Of a DNA stretch of 64,000 nucleotides, positions 62,090-64,000 are shown one piece after another. The notes beneath the pieces are model-generated. The model made no database searches. It had not been told where the DNA came from and saw only the letters and a list, made by a program, of their open reading frames with translations. Origin of the DNA: an uncultured Armatimonadia bacterium (GTDB lineage Bacteria > Armatimonadota > Zipacnadia > CAVVLO01). The stretch lies in NCBI GenBank assembly GCA_963749155.1, contig CAVVLO010000002.1, forward strand, positions 544,001 through 608,000, given 5' to 3'. Position 1 is the first letter of the stretch; each line of letters starts with the position of its first letter. The translations under genes were made by a program, and so were the position numbers.

Positions 62090-63510
62090 TGTCCCGTTCC
62101 TTCCATCTCGGCCGGGTTGGCAATGATCCTGCCCAGCAAGAAGAATTTGCGGTCGGGATACCAGAGAACCGCCTTCCCGTTGCGTACGGTGAAACTGGCA
62201 TAGAGCGCCAGATCGAAACGGCCGCTGGTGCCGACTTTACCGAGGCTGACATTGTCGTGATCCATGAAAAATTGGAGCTCTCCGAACCAGACCGGTTGAT
62301 CGGCGTCAGGTTGATAGCGCCCGTGCAACAGATAGATCGGGCGGCGATTGTATCCGGTTACGGAAGGCTTGGGGACGAAGCCGGTGTAGTGTCCATCGTG
62401 ATCGTGGATGAAGAGCACGTAACGGCCACTGCCCGCCACGTTGCCGCCCACATCGTACATCGGGCAGGGAGAAACCGGATGCCGGAGCGGTTCGCCTCCG
62501 TCCCTGTGCAGCAGGCGGCGCGGCTGGGTCCAGGTTTCGCCCAGGTCGCCGCTCACGCTCCAGAAGGGACTGCCCGCACCGGTGCGCATGACGGTGAAGA
62601 GGCGGCCGTCCGGCAGTTTGACGATGGCGGGTTCCTGGCAGACGCTGTTCTCGGGCTCGAGCGTGGCCGGCACTGCCAGCGCGTCCTCCTTCTGGGCAAA
62701 CCAGCTGATCTCCAGATCGCCGGGTTCTGGATTGTCGTCCACATTCTCGAATCGCATGAACTCGACACGGGAATCGGTGGTGGCCAGCGACTTGTGCGGC
62801 TTCACCGCGAAACTGCTCCATCGCGTGAATCCGGCAAGATACTTGCCGTCCTTGCCCAATCGCAACGGTTTCTGCCAGACCAGGATGTTTGGCGGCATCG
62901 AGAGATCGGGGTTGTCCTTGTCACTGCGCGGCATCGGGATGTTCTGGGGCGACGACCAGGTCGCGCCGTTGTCGTCGCTGAAAAGGCCATGCAGCAGGCC
63001 GGTGTGATGATAGAAGGTGTCATACTTGCCAATATGCTGGCTGTAAAGCACATAGATGCGGCCCCGGCTGCTGACCAGTGGGAAGCCCCAGCTCGCGATG
63101 GGACCGTCACCCCCCTTCTTCGGTCCGGCGATCACATACGGAGCGGACCAGGTTACCCCCTCGTCGCTGCTGCGGGCGAAGACAATATGCTGGTCGCCCA
63201 CTTCTTTGTGTGCGTAATTTTCAACGGAACTCTGTGTCCAGACTGCCATCAGCGAACCGTCCGGGCCTTCGAAGACGAGAAAATGCTCGTTGCCCGTGTC
63301 GGCGACGGCCTTGCCGGTGGTGTCTGGGACGTAGACCACGTAGTCGGGTTTTGTCACCTGGAGCTGCGACCTGATGCGCTGCTGAAGCTCGGTCAGCGAA
63401 TCGATGAGATAGGGGTTTTCCTCCGGGTCAGCGCCTGGCCCTTCGGAGGCTGTCTTGCACGAAGCAACGGCCGCGATGATTGTGAAAAGGAGGCACTCCA
63501 GTGCCATCAT
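62086..63510 (-). CDS. Sialidase-like BNR/Asp-box protein, possible lipoprotein
   Basis: Asp boxes RSSDEGVTW, FSDDNGATW, VSGDLGETW; QEPAIVKLPDGRLFTVMRT; lipobox-like VASC; RBS GAGGAG; ATGA overlap with the next gene. Confidence 0.82.
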   Translation of the reverse strand: MMALECLLFTIIAAVASCKTASEGPGADPEENPYLIDSLTELQQRIRSQLQVTKPDYVVYVPDTTGKAVADTGNEHFLVFEGPDGSLMAVWTQSSVENYAHKEVGDQHIVFARSSDEGVTWSAPYVIAGPKKGGDGPIASWGFPLVSSRGRIYVLYSQHIGKYDTFYHHTGLLHGLFSDDNGATWSSPQNIPMPRSDKDNPDLSMPPNILVWQKPLRLGKDGKYLAGFTRWSSFAVKPHKSLATTDSRVEFMRFENVDDNPEPGDLEISWFAQKEDALAVPATLEPENSVCQEPAIVKLPDGRLFTVMRTGAGSPFWSVSGDLGETWTQPRRLLHRDGGEPLRHPVSPCPMYDVGGNVAGSGRYVLFIHDHDGHYTGFVPKPSVTGYNRRPIYLLHGRYQPDADQPVWFGELQFFMDHDNVSLGKVGTSGRFDLALYASFTVRNGKAVLWYPDRKFFLLGRIIANPAEMEGTGQ

Positions 63511-63679
63511 ATGCTCTGCTCCTCGACCGTGGCCTGGCCACGCCTGGGCGATCCGGAGCACCAAGGCTCAGGGCGGACAGGCTTGTGTCATCACGTACTA
63601 AAGTCTCACCAAGGCACAGTCGCCCCACGTCTGCTGCCGGGTGTCCAGACCTGAGGTCGGCAGCAGGACAAGGGTGCTG

Positions 63680-63731
63680 TGACCCGCCCCCCTCCATGAT
63701 ACCACGTGGTATTATGAGCGAGGGCAGGTCA
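63680..63731. mobile_element. 52-bp IS3-like miniature element made only of two abutting 26-bp inverted repeats
   Basis: tgacccgcccccctccatgataccac | gtggtattatgagcgagggcaggtca; arms match at 20/26; TG...CA termini. Confidence 0.6.
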
Positions 63732-63834
63732 GCCTTCTAGACTACACAGGGAGTTGACGCCCTATGGATCTCCCTGTCAGACAACCTTACTGAGCTTTTT
63801 CCGACCAAGCCGTGTTGCTGTGAGGGCCGACACC

Positions 63835-64000
63835 ATGCTCAAACGCTCGCTTATAAATGAAAGCATTGATCTGGCCATCGAGGTATTTGCCAAGCACCAC
63901 CTGCACCTCCCGCCGTTTGCCTACTGGACCCCTGCTGAATGGGAGGCCAAAGGCAAAGAAGCCGACGAGCTACGGGACTGCATGCTCGGATGGGACGTGA
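63835..64000 (+). CDS. D-lyxose/D-mannose isomerase family cupin (5' part only)
   Basis: Manual translation MLKRSLINESIDLAIEVFAKHHLHLPPFAYWTPAEWEAKGKEADELRDCMLGWDV; KRS.IN, LPPFAYW and LGWDV are family hallmarks. Confidence 0.88.
   Translation, partial: MLKRSLINESIDLAIEVFAKHHLHLPPFAYWTPAEWEAKGKEADELRDCMLGWDV

Noticed and set aside
62089..63654. 521-aa + strand ORF
   Set aside because: Antisense shadow of the BNR gene in GC-rich DNA; no recognisable motifs
63746..63777. acagggag/ctccctgt inverted repeat around TTGACG as a promoter or operator
   Set aside because: No -10 element at suitable spacing and only a single instance

Overview
Bacterial 64-kb window, about 60% GC, from a diderm organism (it encodes TolC). 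The gene style suggests a CAZyme-rich Armatimonadota/PVC-like lineage, but that is a weak inference. From left to right: (1) a MacAB-TolC-type exporter, an OmpR/HAMP two-component system and a small secreted Gly/Gln-rich protein, with a shared tandem-repeat promoter box; (2) a ~50-kb run of mostly secreted glycan-processing genes (clan GH-A/GH42-like, GH2, DUF4838, LamG-propeller, GH36-like with malectin, beta-helix GH141-like, GH99, DUF5010, GH89, GxGYxYP, NPCBM) plus cytoplasmic sugar enzymes; (3) inside that run, an NLR-like DUF4062-NACHT-TPR gene whose TPR block has a distinct base composition; (4) an AlgI/AlgJ/AlgX-type O-acetylation operon in which two accessory proteins share an unnamed domain; (5) two BNR/sialidase-like genes bracketed by IS3-family relics, then the start of a D-lyxose isomerase-family gene. 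A SigH-like promoter motif (GCAGGA-N16/17-NGAA) recurs upstream of six genes. About 25 single-base frameshifts split otherwise intact genes and are most likely long-read assembly errors, so genes are reported at their reconstructed full length. I saw no rRNA, intact tRNA or CRISPR array. Family calls come from motif recognition by eye, not database searches.
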